NCBI RefSeq assembly: GCF_002943425.1
Contig: NZ_PTRA01000002.1
Span: 100,090-124,089, forward strand
Length of the DNA stretch: 24,000 nucleotides
Reading direction: 5' to 3'
From: Siphonobacter curvatus
Lineage (GTDB): Bacteria > Bacteroidota > Bacteroidia > Cytophagales > Spirosomataceae
A program made the translations under genes and the position numbers. Positions 1-8,598 of this stretch are shown here, in pieces; positions within the stretch are counted from its first letter, which is position 1, and every line of letters begins with the position of its first letter. The notes under the pieces were generated by a model. It ran no database searches and had not been told where the DNA came from. It saw only the letters and a list, made by a program, of their open reading frames with translations.

Positions 1-1121
1 CGGTTGAAACCAATGCCCCTAACTCCGATTACAAACCAGCTTTCCCGGGTCAGACGAGAATCGCCGGTGTTAAATCAAAAACCGCTTATGAAGGCAAAGT
101 CCTTGCCGAAGGACTTAAAAATCCCTGGGGAGTTACCAGTTTGCCTGACGGCCGTTTGCTGATTACCGAAAAAGGAGGTACGATGCGAATTGCCAAACTT
201 AGTGGTGAACTGAGTGCACCCATTACGGGTATTCCAACCGTCAATTCGGATGGCCAGGGTGGCTTGCTGGGCGTGCGGGTAGACCCTGCCTTTGAGCAAA
301 ACCGGATGGTATACTGGGTGTTTTCGGAAAAACTACCCGAAGGAAACCTGACGGCAGTAGCCAAAGGAAAGCTTTCCGCTGACGAAAAGAAAATTGAAGG
401 TGCTACTGTCATTTACCGGGCTACGCCAGCGTATAAAGGGGACTTACACTATGGGGGCCGCATTTTGTTCGACAAACAGGAAAACCTGATTATCAGTACG
501 GGCGAACGTTCGGATACCATTACCCGGCCGCAGGCTCAGCTGCTTAATTCAAGCCTCGGTAAAATCATTCGGATTACGAAAGAAGGAAAAGCCGTGGCAG
601 GAAATCCTTTCGAAGGGAAAGCAGGAGCCAAGCCAGAACTGTATTCGTACGGTCACCGAAATGTACAGGGTTTAGCATTTCACCCCGTTACGGGCGACCT
701 ATGGGAGGATGAATTCGGACCCCGGGGTGGTGATGAAGTAAACCGGATTGAACCGGGTAAAAACTACGGCTGGCCTACCATCACCTACGGTATTGAATAC
801 AGCGGTAAAAAAGTAGGAGCGGCCATTCAGCAGAAAGAAGGCCTGGAGCAGCCGGTGTATTACTGGGACCCGGTGGTATCTCCCAGCGGTATGACCTTCT
901 ACAGCAGTGACAGTATTCCCGAATGGAAAAACAACCTGTTCATCGGAGGATTGAGTAGCACGCACATTGTCAGACTAGTGATTGAAGATAATAAAGTGGT
1001 AGGTGAAGAACGCCTGCTGGATAAAGAAGGTCAACGCTTCCGTGACGTAACCCAGGGCAAAGATGGAGCCTTGTACGCGATCACCGATCAGGGAAGACTC
1101 TACCGAATTTACAAAAAGTAA
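1..1121 (+). CDS. PQQ-dependent sugar (glucose/sorbosone) dehydrogenase, beta-propeller; 5' end cut by the window edge
   Basis: The listed ORF 141..1121 begins at an internal TTG. The same frame stays open back to base 3 (VETNAPNSDYKPAFPGQTRIAGVKSKTAYEGKVLAEGLKNPWGVTSLPDGRLLITEKGG...). The LPDGRLLITEKGG, YGHRNVQG and NYGWP stretches are typical of soluble aldose sugar dehydrogenases. Confidence 0.8.
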   Translation, partial: VETNAPNSDYKPAFPGQTRIAGVKSKTAYEGKVLAEGLKNPWGVTSLPDGRLLITEKGGTMRIAKLSGELSAPITGIPTVNSDGQGGLLGVRVDPAFEQNRMVYWVFSEKLPEGNLTAVAKGKLSADEKKIEGATVIYRATPAYKGDLHYGGRILFDKQENLIISTGERSDTITRPQAQLLNSSLGKIIRITKEGKAVAGNPFEGKAGAKPELYSYGHRNVQGLAFHPVTGDLWEDEFGPRGGDEVNRIEPGKNYGWPTITYGIEYSGKKVGAAIQQKEGLEQPVYYWDPVVSPSGMTFYSSDSIPEWKNNLFIGGLSSTHIVRLVIEDNKVVGEERLLDKEGQRFRDVTQGKDGALYAITDQGRLYRIYKK

Positions 1122-1129
1122 ACCCTTGT

Positions 1130-1169
1130 AACCCGGATCCGCTGACAAAGTGGGTTCGGGTTCTTTTTT
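1130..1169 (+). terminator. Rho-independent terminator of the dehydrogenase gene
   Basis: A stem runs 1130-1141 / 1151-1162 (AACCCGGATCCG / TGGGTTCGGGTT; 12 pairs, 3 of them G-U) with a 9-nt loop. A T-run follows at 1164-1169, 9 nt after the stop codon. Confidence 0.7.
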
Positions 1170-1249
1170 ATGTATTCTTTCCTGCAGTTCTCTTCCCACC
1201 GAAAAATCGCCATTGATGGCCTGAGAAAGGCTTATTTCCTGGAATAAAA

Positions 1250-1325
1250 TCACAAAAAATAAGCCCTGAGATTTCGATACAATGCTTTAGTTCGAGGGAA
1301 CGGACGCATATCGAAATCTCAGGGC
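1250..1325 (-). terminator. Probable terminator of the alpha-glucuronidase gene (17-bp perfect inverted repeat)
   Basis: GCCCTGAGATTTCGATA (1263-1279) is the exact reverse complement of TATCGAAATCTCAGGGC (1309-1325), with a 29-nt loop. On the minus strand the stem is followed by TTATTTTTTG (complement of 1253-1262). It lies 66 nt downstream of the minus-strand stop at 1391. Confidence 0.55.
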
Positions 1326-1390
1326 ATTCAAAAGAGTGTAAAACGTTGAATTACGTACTTCATTGAACTGAGTTTCAACGAAGAAATTTA

Positions 1391-3499
1391 TTACCGTAAT
1401 AAATAAACGTTTACCGATTCTTTCACGTCTACTAAGGTACGTTTGGGTTTTTGAAATGGAGCCGGAATAGGACGTTGGGCGTATTCCTGTAGATAAAGTA
1501 CCCAGGCATCCCGCCACCAGATGGCCTCCTCATATTGCGTACGAAGTCGCCCTGCGACGTCGGCATGTAAGACAGGGTCAACGGCTGGTTTAACCTGAGC
1601 CCATTCCCGCTGCAACCATTGTACGGAATCAGCACCCGTATAGAAATGCGTACAAAGTTCATCCCAGAGGTTGCGACCCGAGGAGAGGGGTTTGTCCCAG
1701 GGAACGTGATGAAACCAGAGCAAGTAGGGGAGAGGACACGTTTCCGCATCTGCCCAGCCTTTTTGAACCTCGGGGTGATACTGGGAAAGTGCATTACTAC
1801 CCGTAGCGGTACGGTTAAAACCTAGTCCTATGGAATCTGCCCGGTGGTAATAAACGGCGGTCCAGTCCGGACGGGGGCTTTTGTTCTGCCAGGGCTCTGG
1901 AGCAAAGTGTACTCCTGCCCAGGGCCGGGAAAGGCCCATAGGTGCGTTGTAATTGACATAAATATCCCGCGAACGGAGCAGCATATGACGAATCCTGCGT
2001 ACCGCTTTGGGCTCACGCGTCAATGACATCCTAATCCACTCCTCAGCGATTTGTTCGGAAGTCAGGGAATGGTCCCAGGCCAGTCTTCCAAACGCATACC
2101 AGTTCGCCTGAGCCAGCGGGTGACCCGTCCAGTTGCGATCCGAACCCGTATTGGCTACGCCCGCCATCAGTGTTCGTTCATACCCGTGTAAGCTGCCGTC
2201 AATTACTTTGGCTACCGTCGAGCCTTTCCCCGAAACGTAGGTATCAGCATCGAGGCACTCTTTAAACAGGGGAGCTTCGTATACCAGATGTGTAGCAAAA
2301 CCCAAGTATTCCTGGGTAAGTTGAAACTCCATGCCCAGGGGCGTACGGGGCATCCGACCAAAGATGGGTGAAAAAGGTTCGCGGGGCTGAAAATCAATCG
2401 GACCGTTTTTTACCTGTACGATCACCTTGGAACCAAATTTTCCGTCAAAAGGCACAAACTCTTCGAAAGCAGCCTTGAAGCGATCAGCGTTGGGGTCGGC
2501 TTTGTACACGAAAGCTCGCCAGATGACCACACCGGGGTAGGTTTTCATGGCTTCGTCCAGCATGTTGGCTCCATCTGCGTGCGTACGATCATAATCCTGT
2601 GGACCAGGCTCGCCTTCTGAATTGGCTTTCACCAGAAAACCACCGAAATCTGGAATGGTCTGGTAAATTTCTTTCACCTTATTGAACCACCACTGGCGAA
2701 CTTGCGGATCTAGAGGGTCCGACGTCTTTAAACCACCGAGTATTTTTGGGGCTGCAAAGTTCACCGATAGATAGACCTTGATACCATAAGGTCGGAGTAC
2801 GTCGGCCAGAGCGGCTACCTTTTTCAGATATTCGCCCGTCAGCAGGCGAGGACTCGCATTGACATTATTAAGCACTGTTCCATTAATGCCTATGGAAGCA
2901 TTCGCCCGGGCGTAATCGCGGTACCGTGGACTGATGGTTTCGGGTAATTCATACCATTTCCACATCGATTCCCCCGCATAGCCCCGCTCGATGGTTGCGT
3001 TGGGATTGTCCCAGTGATTAAGCATCCGAAATTTTACTTTCGGACGGCTAACGACGGCCAGTGAATCCAGGGGCCGATTCATCTGTAACTGACGCAGCAG
3101 GGCGAAGACACCGTATAAGACACCCGCATCAGTTTGGCTGATAATCTGGAGGTTATCCTGCCGTTTGACAATACGGTAGCCTTCAGGGGTAAGATCCTTT
3201 ACATCCGCACCCATCGGCGTAACGCGTAACAGGATACCGCCAGTCCGGTTGCCAGAAGCCTTTACGGAGGGTATGGATTGTCCCAATAGTCCCTTCAAGC
3301 CCTGCCGTAACTCGTCCGTTGCCGTATTCAGGATGGGGGATGAACCTTCCGTTGCGATGAACTGCATGGATCGGGTGTAAGACGTCCGAAGGGAAGCGTT
3401 CGAAATTCGGTCGTATTTGAGCCAGAGTTGGTACCCGTCGTCGCCTTTAGCCAAAGGAGCCAGTAGCAGCAGGTACAAGAATAATAATCGCTTCATCAA
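1391..3499 (-). CDS. aguA: Alpha-glucuronidase, glycoside hydrolase family 67, secreted
   Basis: 702-aa ORF with an N-terminal signal peptide (MMKRLLFLYLLLLAPLAKG) followed by the GH67-typical start DDGYQLWLKYDRI. Length and overall sequence fit GH67 AguA. All overlapping ORFs are short antisense or out-of-frame. Confidence 0.9.
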   Translation of the reverse strand: MMKRLLFLYLLLLAPLAKGDDGYQLWLKYDRISNASLRTSYTRSMQFIATEGSSPILNTATDELRQGLKGLLGQSIPSVKASGNRTGGILLRVTPMGADVKDLTPEGYRIVKRQDNLQIISQTDAGVLYGVFALLRQLQMNRPLDSLAVVSRPKVKFRMLNHWDNPNATIERGYAGESMWKWYELPETISPRYRDYARANASIGINGTVLNNVNASPRLLTGEYLKKVAALADVLRPYGIKVYLSVNFAAPKILGGLKTSDPLDPQVRQWWFNKVKEIYQTIPDFGGFLVKANSEGEPGPQDYDRTHADGANMLDEAMKTYPGVVIWRAFVYKADPNADRFKAAFEEFVPFDGKFGSKVIVQVKNGPIDFQPREPFSPIFGRMPRTPLGMEFQLTQEYLGFATHLVYEAPLFKECLDADTYVSGKGSTVAKVIDGSLHGYERTLMAGVANTGSDRNWTGHPLAQANWYAFGRLAWDHSLTSEQIAEEWIRMSLTREPKAVRRIRHMLLRSRDIYVNYNAPMGLSRPWAGVHFAPEPWQNKSPRPDWTAVYYHRADSIGLGFNRTATGSNALSQYHPEVQKGWADAETCPLPYLLWFHHVPWDKPLSSGRNLWDELCTHFYTGADSVQWLQREWAQVKPAVDPVLHADVAGRLRTQYEEAIWWRDAWVLYLQEYAQRPIPAPFQKPKRTLVDVKESVNVYLLR

Positions 3500-3689
3500 A
3501 AGAACAGAGAGTTATACGTATGTTATACAAACGAATGAAGGCTTGAGAGCAATGGATTATCGCTTTGCAGAATAAACGTCAGTAACCAGGCGTATATCTG
3601 TTTTACCAGGTTTGGCAGTTCATCATTCGCAAAGCGACCCTGACACTCTATTACCTGTATCTATAGTAAGTCGGGGGATTACAACGGAG

Positions 3690-3710
3690 CGTAAATTTTA
3701 CGTGTAAAAA
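3690..3710. promoter_or_regulatory. Candidate operator: overlapping AT-rich palindromes upstream of aguA
   Basis: CGTAAATTTTACGTGTAAAAA contains TTTTAC (3696-3701), then gt, then GTAAAA (3704-3709). It also contains the near-palindrome CGTAAA/TTTTACG (3690-3702). It sits in the 290-bp gap between the NrtR-like gene and the aguA start. Confidence 0.3.
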
Positions 3711-3789
3711 TGACACTTATTTCGAAAAGCACAACGAACCACTCGTACTTTTTTTAAAAAAAATATACGAATAGTTAAAAATAGGAGCC

Positions 3790-4491
3790 TTAAACGCTTA
3801 GCTCCGGACTAGGAATAAAGTTTAGGAAAGCATTATGTGTAAGTTGATACTTATTGGAATTTACCTGGTACAGATAAGCTCCTCTGCGGGAATATCCCTT
3901 CTGTTTTTCATCTAATTTAGTTAATAGGCTGGTTGATAGTATTTTACGACTGAAGTTACGTTTATCAAATTCAGTATTATAGATCGCTTCGTATAGCTTT
4001 TGTAACTGAGGAATTGTAAATTTCTCGGGTAATAATTCAAAACCAATGGGGTGCTGAGCGGCCTTGTAGCGAAGCCGCTTAAGGGCTAAGTCTACCATGT
4101 CTCCATGGTCGAAGAGTAGGGGTGGTAGGTCGTAGATAGAAAACCAGCGAGCTTGAAACGTATCGGATAAGGTGGCCTCGTAATCATCAATTTTAATTAA
4201 AGAAAAGTAAGCAACGGACACCGTACGTGTGATAGGATCGCGATTGGGGTTACCAAAGGCATACAGTTGCTCCAGATATACATTTGTCAGGCCCGTCAGA
4301 TCAAAAAGAATACGGCTTGCGGCATCCTCCAGGCTTTCATTCGGTTGCAGCCATCCCCCCATCAATGACCAAGTTTCGGCCTCGATCCCTCGCTTAACGA
4401 GTAATACTTTTAGGCCTTCGCCATCAAAGCCGAAAATAATGGAATCTAAAGCCAGTAAATAAGGGTGCTGTTGTTGGTATTGATCTAACAT
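3790..4491 (-). CDS. NrtR-like transcriptional regulator (degenerate Nudix domain plus C-terminal winged helix)
   Basis: 233 aa. The Nudix-box region reads GWLQPNESLEDAASRILFDLTGL. The G-x5-E and terminal xGU positions are kept, but REUxEE is replaced by RILFDL, so the catalytic glutamates are lost. The C-terminal part (FTIPQLQKLYEAIYNTEFDKRNFSRKI) matches the DNA-binding tail of NrtR/AraR-type regulators, which are commonly found next to glycan-utilisation genes in Bacteroidota. Confidence 0.75.
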   Translation of the reverse strand: MLDQYQQQHPYLLALDSIIFGFDGEGLKVLLVKRGIEAETWSLMGGWLQPNESLEDAASRILFDLTGLTNVYLEQLYAFGNPNRDPITRTVSVAYFSLIKIDDYEATLSDTFQARWFSIYDLPPLLFDHGDMVDLALKRLRYKAAQHPIGFELLPEKFTIPQLQKLYEAIYNTEFDKRNFSRKILSTSLLTKLDEKQKGYSRRGAYLYQVNSNKYQLTHNAFLNFIPSPELSV

Positions 4492-4637
4492 GAACGCTCA
4501 CTCAGGAATGGACCACGCTTTAAAAATGTATTTTCTCCCAAGATAAAGCGAAAATGTTAACTTTTTGTTACAAGTTCAAGATAGACTTTCAAGCCGGGTT
4601 TATGGTTATACATTCCCCCGAATCATAGCAGTCCATT

Positions 4638-5690
4638 TTAGCCGGAAGGCTGCTCGATTATCAGAGGTGAACTGTCCTCTTGGTAATGTTCTAGGACTGC
4701 CCGAGCGTTCTTCATCATTCGATCCCTGAGCATGCGGGGCCGTAGTACCTTTATCTTCCCGCCAAAGCCAAGGAATTCCCGTTCCAGTTCAAAGTTGACA
4801 ATAACCCGGATGCGAAATACTGAACCCAATGAATCTTTGGAGAGCAACTCCTGCGACGCATGCAGGGGTTTCGTAACCACATAGGGGGCATTGGAGGCAG
4901 CAACCCAGAAAACCACTTCACAGTTTTTCTGACCAGGGGTCTTGGTTACGCCAATTACATCGGAATAAAAGGTTTGTAAATCCAGGATCTCGTTGGGGCG
5001 ATAGGCTTCATTCAAATCTTCCTGCAAGGCATGAATCCGATCTAAGGCTAACGTGAGAATAGGCTTACGCTTCTGATGCGATTGCCCGAGTATAAACCAG
5101 CGGTTGCGATACTCTTTTAACAGATACGGACTAAAACAGAACGTAGCCGACTGCCGGGCCCGGAAGGATTGGTACGTCATACAAAGCGTTGTTTTCGAAA
5201 CAATGGCCTTCCGAATGGTTTCGATGTAATTCAATCCCAGTAAATGCTCATTCTTTTCAAAATCCACTACTGGTAAACTGCTCGTTTGCTGGGTGTAAAT
5301 CTTGTCCTGCAGTTTACTAACCATTTCCCGCAAGTCCGCAAAGTGGTTCAGTCCTTTGAATTGTTGTAATAAACCCGCCACTTCCCCCAGGAGTTGCATA
5401 TCCTGAGCATTCAAAGGAATGTTGGTGATGCTGAAATGCTTATCGGCGTAGGTATAATACTTGCGGTCCACTACGATAATGGGAGCTTCATAGCCCAGTT
5501 TCGAACTTCGCATCATCTCCAGATCGGACTGAACGGTTCGACGGCTTACCCCCTTTTCAAGGCCCTGATACTCGTACAGGGCTTGTGAACAGGCTTCCAT
5601 CAAATCCTCCAGAGTCCACGTGCGGTATCGATTCTGCAGACATTGATCAATGGTTCGGTAGCGAATGAGGGCGTTGCGATTGAGCGGCAT
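4638..5690 (-). CDS. WYL domain-containing transcriptional regulator (N-terminal HTH)
   Basis: 350 aa. The N-terminus MPLNRNALIRYRTIDQCLQNRYRTWTLEDLMEAC...GVSRRTVQSDLEMMR is the HTH module typical of Bacteroidota WYL regulators. The central region (FSPYLLKEYRNRWFILG) fits the WYL core. It is transcribed divergently from the Ro60 gene. Confidence 0.8.
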   Translation of the reverse strand: MPLNRNALIRYRTIDQCLQNRYRTWTLEDLMEACSQALYEYQGLEKGVSRRTVQSDLEMMRSSKLGYEAPIIVVDRKYYTYADKHFSITNIPLNAQDMQLLGEVAGLLQQFKGLNHFADLREMVSKLQDKIYTQQTSSLPVVDFEKNEHLLGLNYIETIRKAIVSKTTLCMTYQSFRARQSATFCFSPYLLKEYRNRWFILGQSHQKRKPILTLALDRIHALQEDLNEAYRPNEILDLQTFYSDVIGVTKTPGQKNCEVVFWVAASNAPYVVTKPLHASQELLSKDSLGSVFRIRVIVNFELEREFLGFGGKIKVLRPRMLRDRMMKNARAVLEHYQEDSSPLIIEQPSG

Positions 5691-5723
5691 GAGAAAAAAA
5701 TTTCAGAAAATTAGAAATTATTT

Positions 5724-5752
5724 TCTACTACGCACAAAGACTGCGTAGTAGA
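5724..5752. promoter_or_regulatory. Perfect 11-bp inverted repeat in the divergent WYL/rsr promoter region (candidate operator or 5'-UTR hairpin)
   Basis: TCTACTACGCA (5724-5734), a 7-nt spacer CAAAGAC, then TGCGTAGTAGA (5742-5752), the exact reverse complement. It lies 34 nt from the WYL start and 40 nt upstream of the rsr ATG. Confidence 0.5.
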
Positions 5753-5791
5753 CTTAAACCTTTGTATCGTCAACGGAAAACAAAGACAGTT

Positions 5792-7354
5792 ATGAAATTC
5801 AATACAACGCCTCAACAAAGTCAGCCGATCCTGAACCATGAAGGAGCGAAAGCCTACCGCATGAATCCAGCTCTGGAGTTGTATTCAACCGTAGTAACCT
5901 GGTCTTTGAATGATACCTTTTACGAGCCCAATGATGAGCGACTCATCCGGATACGCAATCTGATTGCTCAGAATGATCCGGGTTTTGTAGCAAAACTGGC
6001 CATTTACGCCCGGCATGAGATGTATCTGCGTTCGGCTCCTCTGGTACTACTGGCAGAATTGGCCCGTATTCACTCCGGGGATGACCTCGTCGCCCGAATG
6101 ACGGAGCGGGTCATTGCCCGTGCCGATGAAATTACGGAGCTGCTGGCCTGCTATCAGGCTCTAAACGAACGAACCGGTTTGAAAAAACTCAATCGGTTAT
6201 CTAAGCAACTGCAAAAAGGGCTGGCTTCGGCATTTAACCAATTTGATGCGTATCAATTTGCTAAATACAATCGAAATACGGCTATCAAACTGCGGGATGC
6301 CTTGTTTTTAGTTCATCCCAAAGCTAAAAATCTAGCTCAACAGGAAATTTTCAATCAGATTGTAACCAACACATTACCTGTACCCTATACCTGGGAAACC
6401 GAATTGTCAGCGTTGGGGCAGCAAAAGTTTAAATTAGCCACAGAAAAAGAGGCTGCCTTTCAGCAAAAGTGGGAAGAACTGATCGATAGTAACAAACTGG
6501 GGTACATGGCTTTGCTGCGAAACCTGCGAAATGTGTTCGAAGCCGGGGTCTCGTATGCACATCTGAAAAAAGCCGTCAATACTTTAGCCTCGCCTGAACA
6601 GGTCGCCCGGTCGAAGCAGTTTCCCTTCCGCTATTTAGCCGCTTATCGTGAGTTACAGGGAACGGAAATGAAACGTCCTAAGCAGGAAGGCTGGATTGGA
6701 AAAGTTTTCAGTGGTCAAGGGTACGTAGGAGAGGTTTTGGACGGATTGGAAAAGGCCGTAGTTCAAAGTGCCCGTCGGATTCAGGGTTTCGATGAACATA
6801 CCCGCGTACTGTTAGCCTGCGACGTATCGGGCTCGATGCAGAAGCCTGTTTCACCGCAGTCCAGTATCTTACTTTACGATATTGGTTTGATGCTAGCTAT
6901 GCTGTTACAATCCCGTTGCAGGAATGTACAGGTTGGAATGTTCGGCGATAGCTGGAAGCGAATTCAGGTTCCTAAAAATCGAATCCTCGCCAATGTGCAT
7001 GAATTCTATAAACGAGAGGGAGAGGTAGGCTATGCTACTAATGGTTATCTAGTATTAAAAGAACTGATAGACCGCCGCCAGAAAATGGATAAAATCATGT
7101 TTTTCACGGATTTGCAGCTCTGGAACAGCGGCTCAGGGAGCGATCAGCTAAGTAAGCTGTGGGGGAAGTATAAACAGGAGATTCACCCTTCAGCCCGTCT
7201 GTATTTGTTTGACTTAAGTGGTTACGGCAAAACGCCCCTACAAGTCCTCCGGAATGATGTATACCTGATTGCGGGCTGGAGTGATAAAATCTTCGGGGTA
7301 CTGGAAGCCCTTGAAAAGGGTGAGTCAATTCTGGAAATGATTATGAATTATTGA
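5792..7354 (+). CDS. rsr: Ro60 ortholog (Rsr): TROVE domain plus C-terminal vWA domain
   Basis: The N-terminus NHEGAKAYRMNPALELYSTVVTWSLNDTFYEPNDERL...YARHEMYLRSAP is a TROVE signature. The C-terminal LLACDVSGSM is a vWA MIDAS DxSxS motif. The start is placed at ATG 5792 (MKFNTTPQQ) rather than the TTG at 5762 given by the ORF track. Confidence 0.9.
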   Translation: MKFNTTPQQSQPILNHEGAKAYRMNPALELYSTVVTWSLNDTFYEPNDERLIRIRNLIAQNDPGFVAKLAIYARHEMYLRSAPLVLLAELARIHSGDDLVARMTERVIARADEITELLACYQALNERTGLKKLNRLSKQLQKGLASAFNQFDAYQFAKYNRNTAIKLRDALFLVHPKAKNLAQQEIFNQIVTNTLPVPYTWETELSALGQQKFKLATEKEAAFQQKWEELIDSNKLGYMALLRNLRNVFEAGVSYAHLKKAVNTLASPEQVARSKQFPFRYLAAYRELQGTEMKRPKQEGWIGKVFSGQGYVGEVLDGLEKAVVQSARRIQGFDEHTRVLLACDVSGSMQKPVSPQSSILLYDIGLMLAMLLQSRCRNVQVGMFGDSWKRIQVPKNRILANVHEFYKREGEVGYATNGYLVLKELIDRRQKMDKIMFFTDLQLWNSGSGSDQLSKLWGKYKQEIHPSARLYLFDLSGYGKTPLQVLRNDVYLIAGWSDKIFGVLEALEKGESILEMIMNY

Positions 7355-7434
7355 TTTTAATAACGCTTAACGGTAAGGTTTTCACACCTAACTGTGCTTA
7401 GTACGGTACGGGCTAAGTTTTAGAAGCCCAGCCC

Positions 7435-7556
7435 AAAGGATGCCGTAGCATCGGGATACTTCGCAGCATGTAGGGGGGGGCATTATGACTTCGGTCAGGA
7501 TGGAGGTTCGAGTCCTCTTTGCGATACCCCGCTCCCGATTCGCCCGTCGCTCCTTT
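7435..7556 (+). ncRNA. Y-RNA-like module 1: tRNA-like cloverleaf with a UUCG-capped stub replacing the anticodon arm
   Basis: Leader box AAGGATGCCGTAG lies at 7436-7448. The T-arm is GGAGG-TTCGAGT-CCTCT (7502-7518). The stub is TGAC-TTCG-GTCA (7486-7497). The D-like arm is ATG-loop(TAGGGGGGGG)-CAT (7468-7483). An acceptor-like stem pairs 7461-7466 with 7519-7524. An outer stem pairs ATCGGGA (7450-7456) with TCCCGAT (7533-7539). A closing stem pairs AAAGGA (7435-7440) with TCCTTT (7551-7556). Confidence 0.7.
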
Positions 7557-7609
7557 CAATATCGTTATTGAACTTGAAATCCGTTCGTTACTTTTCTAAA
7601 TGCTTTTAT

Positions 7610-8368
7610 ATGAAAGATAGAATCGCTAGCCTTTTTATGGACAAAAGCGAAATTCCGCTTTTTTACATTGAAAGTGGGAGTCGGCTTTGGGGGATTGCCA
7701 GTCCCGATAGTGACTTTGATGTGCGAGGTTTTCACCTTCCGGCCAAAACAAATTACTTCGATTTTAAGAAACAGCGGGATGTATGGGAGGTAATGGATGG
7801 AGAACTGGATTTTGTATCATACGATCTGGATAAGATGTTTGGATTGTTACAAAAAAGTAACCCTACAGTTTTTGAGTGGGTGCGAGCCGATCTGATGTAT
7901 TGGAATGAACTACCTGATTGGGATACATTTCGTAGTGAAGTTAGCGAAAATATCAATTTTAAAGCTCTTTACTATCATTACCACTCGTTGGCTAAGAGTC
8001 ACTTTTACAAGCTGGAAAGCGATCAGAAGTTTACGTATAAAGTAGCGTTTTACTGCATGCGGGGTCTTCTGTCCGCGGAATTAGCCAGCCGGCAAGTAGT
8101 GCCAGAGCTTTTGATCGACGATCTCTTCAAGCAGTTTAATACTGAATCTGAGGTGATCAAACTTGCAAAGGCTAGTCTGGAAAGAAAAAGACAGCAAACG
8201 GAAAAAGAAGAAATAAAGGAAGAAGATAAACAAAAGATCATACAAGGCATTAAAGCTTATTTATATCGTTTTGAGAGCATTACGCCAGGAGGTAGTTCAA
8301 CTCAGGCAAAATTGGATAGAGTTCTAACGAATTATAGTGTTCAAATAAAATCCATGTTTTATGCCTGA
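7610..8368 (+). CDS. RlaP-type (YcgL-like, pol-beta superfamily) nucleotidyltransferase associated with RNA-repair loci
   Basis: The motif ESGSRLWGIASPDSDFDVRGFH matches the nucleotidyltransferase signature G-S-x9-13-D-x-D. The start is placed at ATG 7610 (MKDRIASLF), because the listed TTG at 7568 adds 14 poorly coding residues. The gene lies between tRNA-like RNA modules and downstream of rsr. Confidence 0.75.
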   Translation: MKDRIASLFMDKSEIPLFYIESGSRLWGIASPDSDFDVRGFHLPAKTNYFDFKKQRDVWEVMDGELDFVSYDLDKMFGLLQKSNPTVFEWVRADLMYWNELPDWDTFRSEVSENINFKALYYHYHSLAKSHFYKLESDQKFTYKVAFYCMRGLLSAELASRQVVPELLIDDLFKQFNTESEVIKLAKASLERKRQQTEKEEIKEEDKQKIIQGIKAYLYRFESITPGGSSTQAKLDRVLTNYSVQIKSMFYA

Positions 8369-8444
8369 ATGGATACCGGCTGGTATTAAAAATGCAGCTT
8401 TACAAAGCCGAAGGTGTTACTGACTTGGTAGCAAAAACTAGTTT

Positions 8445-8568
8445 TAAGGATGTCGTAGAAACGGGTTACTTCGTATGGAATCTACTGAGAGTGAGCCTAT
8501 TGACCAGGTCAGTAGGTAGGTTCGAATCCTCTGAAAGGTCACCCACCCGAATTGCTGGTTACTCCTGA
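8445..8568 (+). ncRNA. Y-RNA-like module 2 (degenerate paralog of module 1)
   Basis: Leader box AAGGATGTCGTAG lies at 8446-8458. CTTCG at 8469-8473 is at the same offset as in module 1. The T-arm-like element is GTAGG-TTCGAAT-CCTCT (8516-8532), with one U-C mismatch. A hairpin TGAC-CAG-GTCA lies at 8501-8511. The stem CGGGT (8462-8466) / ACCCG (8545-8549) covaries with the module 1 stem. AGGA (8447-8450) pairs with TCCT (8563-8566). Confidence 0.5.
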
Positions 8569-8598
8569 ATCATTACAACCCACCCGTTAACAAGAAAA

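Noticed and set aside
1432-2397. Several 60-120 aa ORFs on both strands inside the alpha-glucuronidase gene (1432..1794, 1619..1825, 1828..2016, 1844..2026, 2212..2397)
   Set aside because: All are nested within or antisense to a 702-aa ORF with a clear GH67 identity. Their translations are low-complexity or Arg/Pro-rich, as expected for off-frame reads.
5762-5791. Upstream TTG starts given by the ORF track for rsr (5762) and for the nucleotidyltransferase (7568)
   Set aside because: Both add short basic or poorly conserved-looking extensions (MYRQRKTKTV; MNLKSVRYFSKCFY). Each is followed by an in-frame ATG that gives a family-typical N-terminus. The 7568 start would also abut module 1. This is uncertain without homolog alignment.
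7439-7452. Local hairpin GATGC-CGTA-GCATC within the module 1 leader box
   Set aside because: It pairs perfectly in module 1, but the equivalent positions in modules 2-4 cannot pair. It is probably incidental, and the box more likely pairs with the 3' end of the module.
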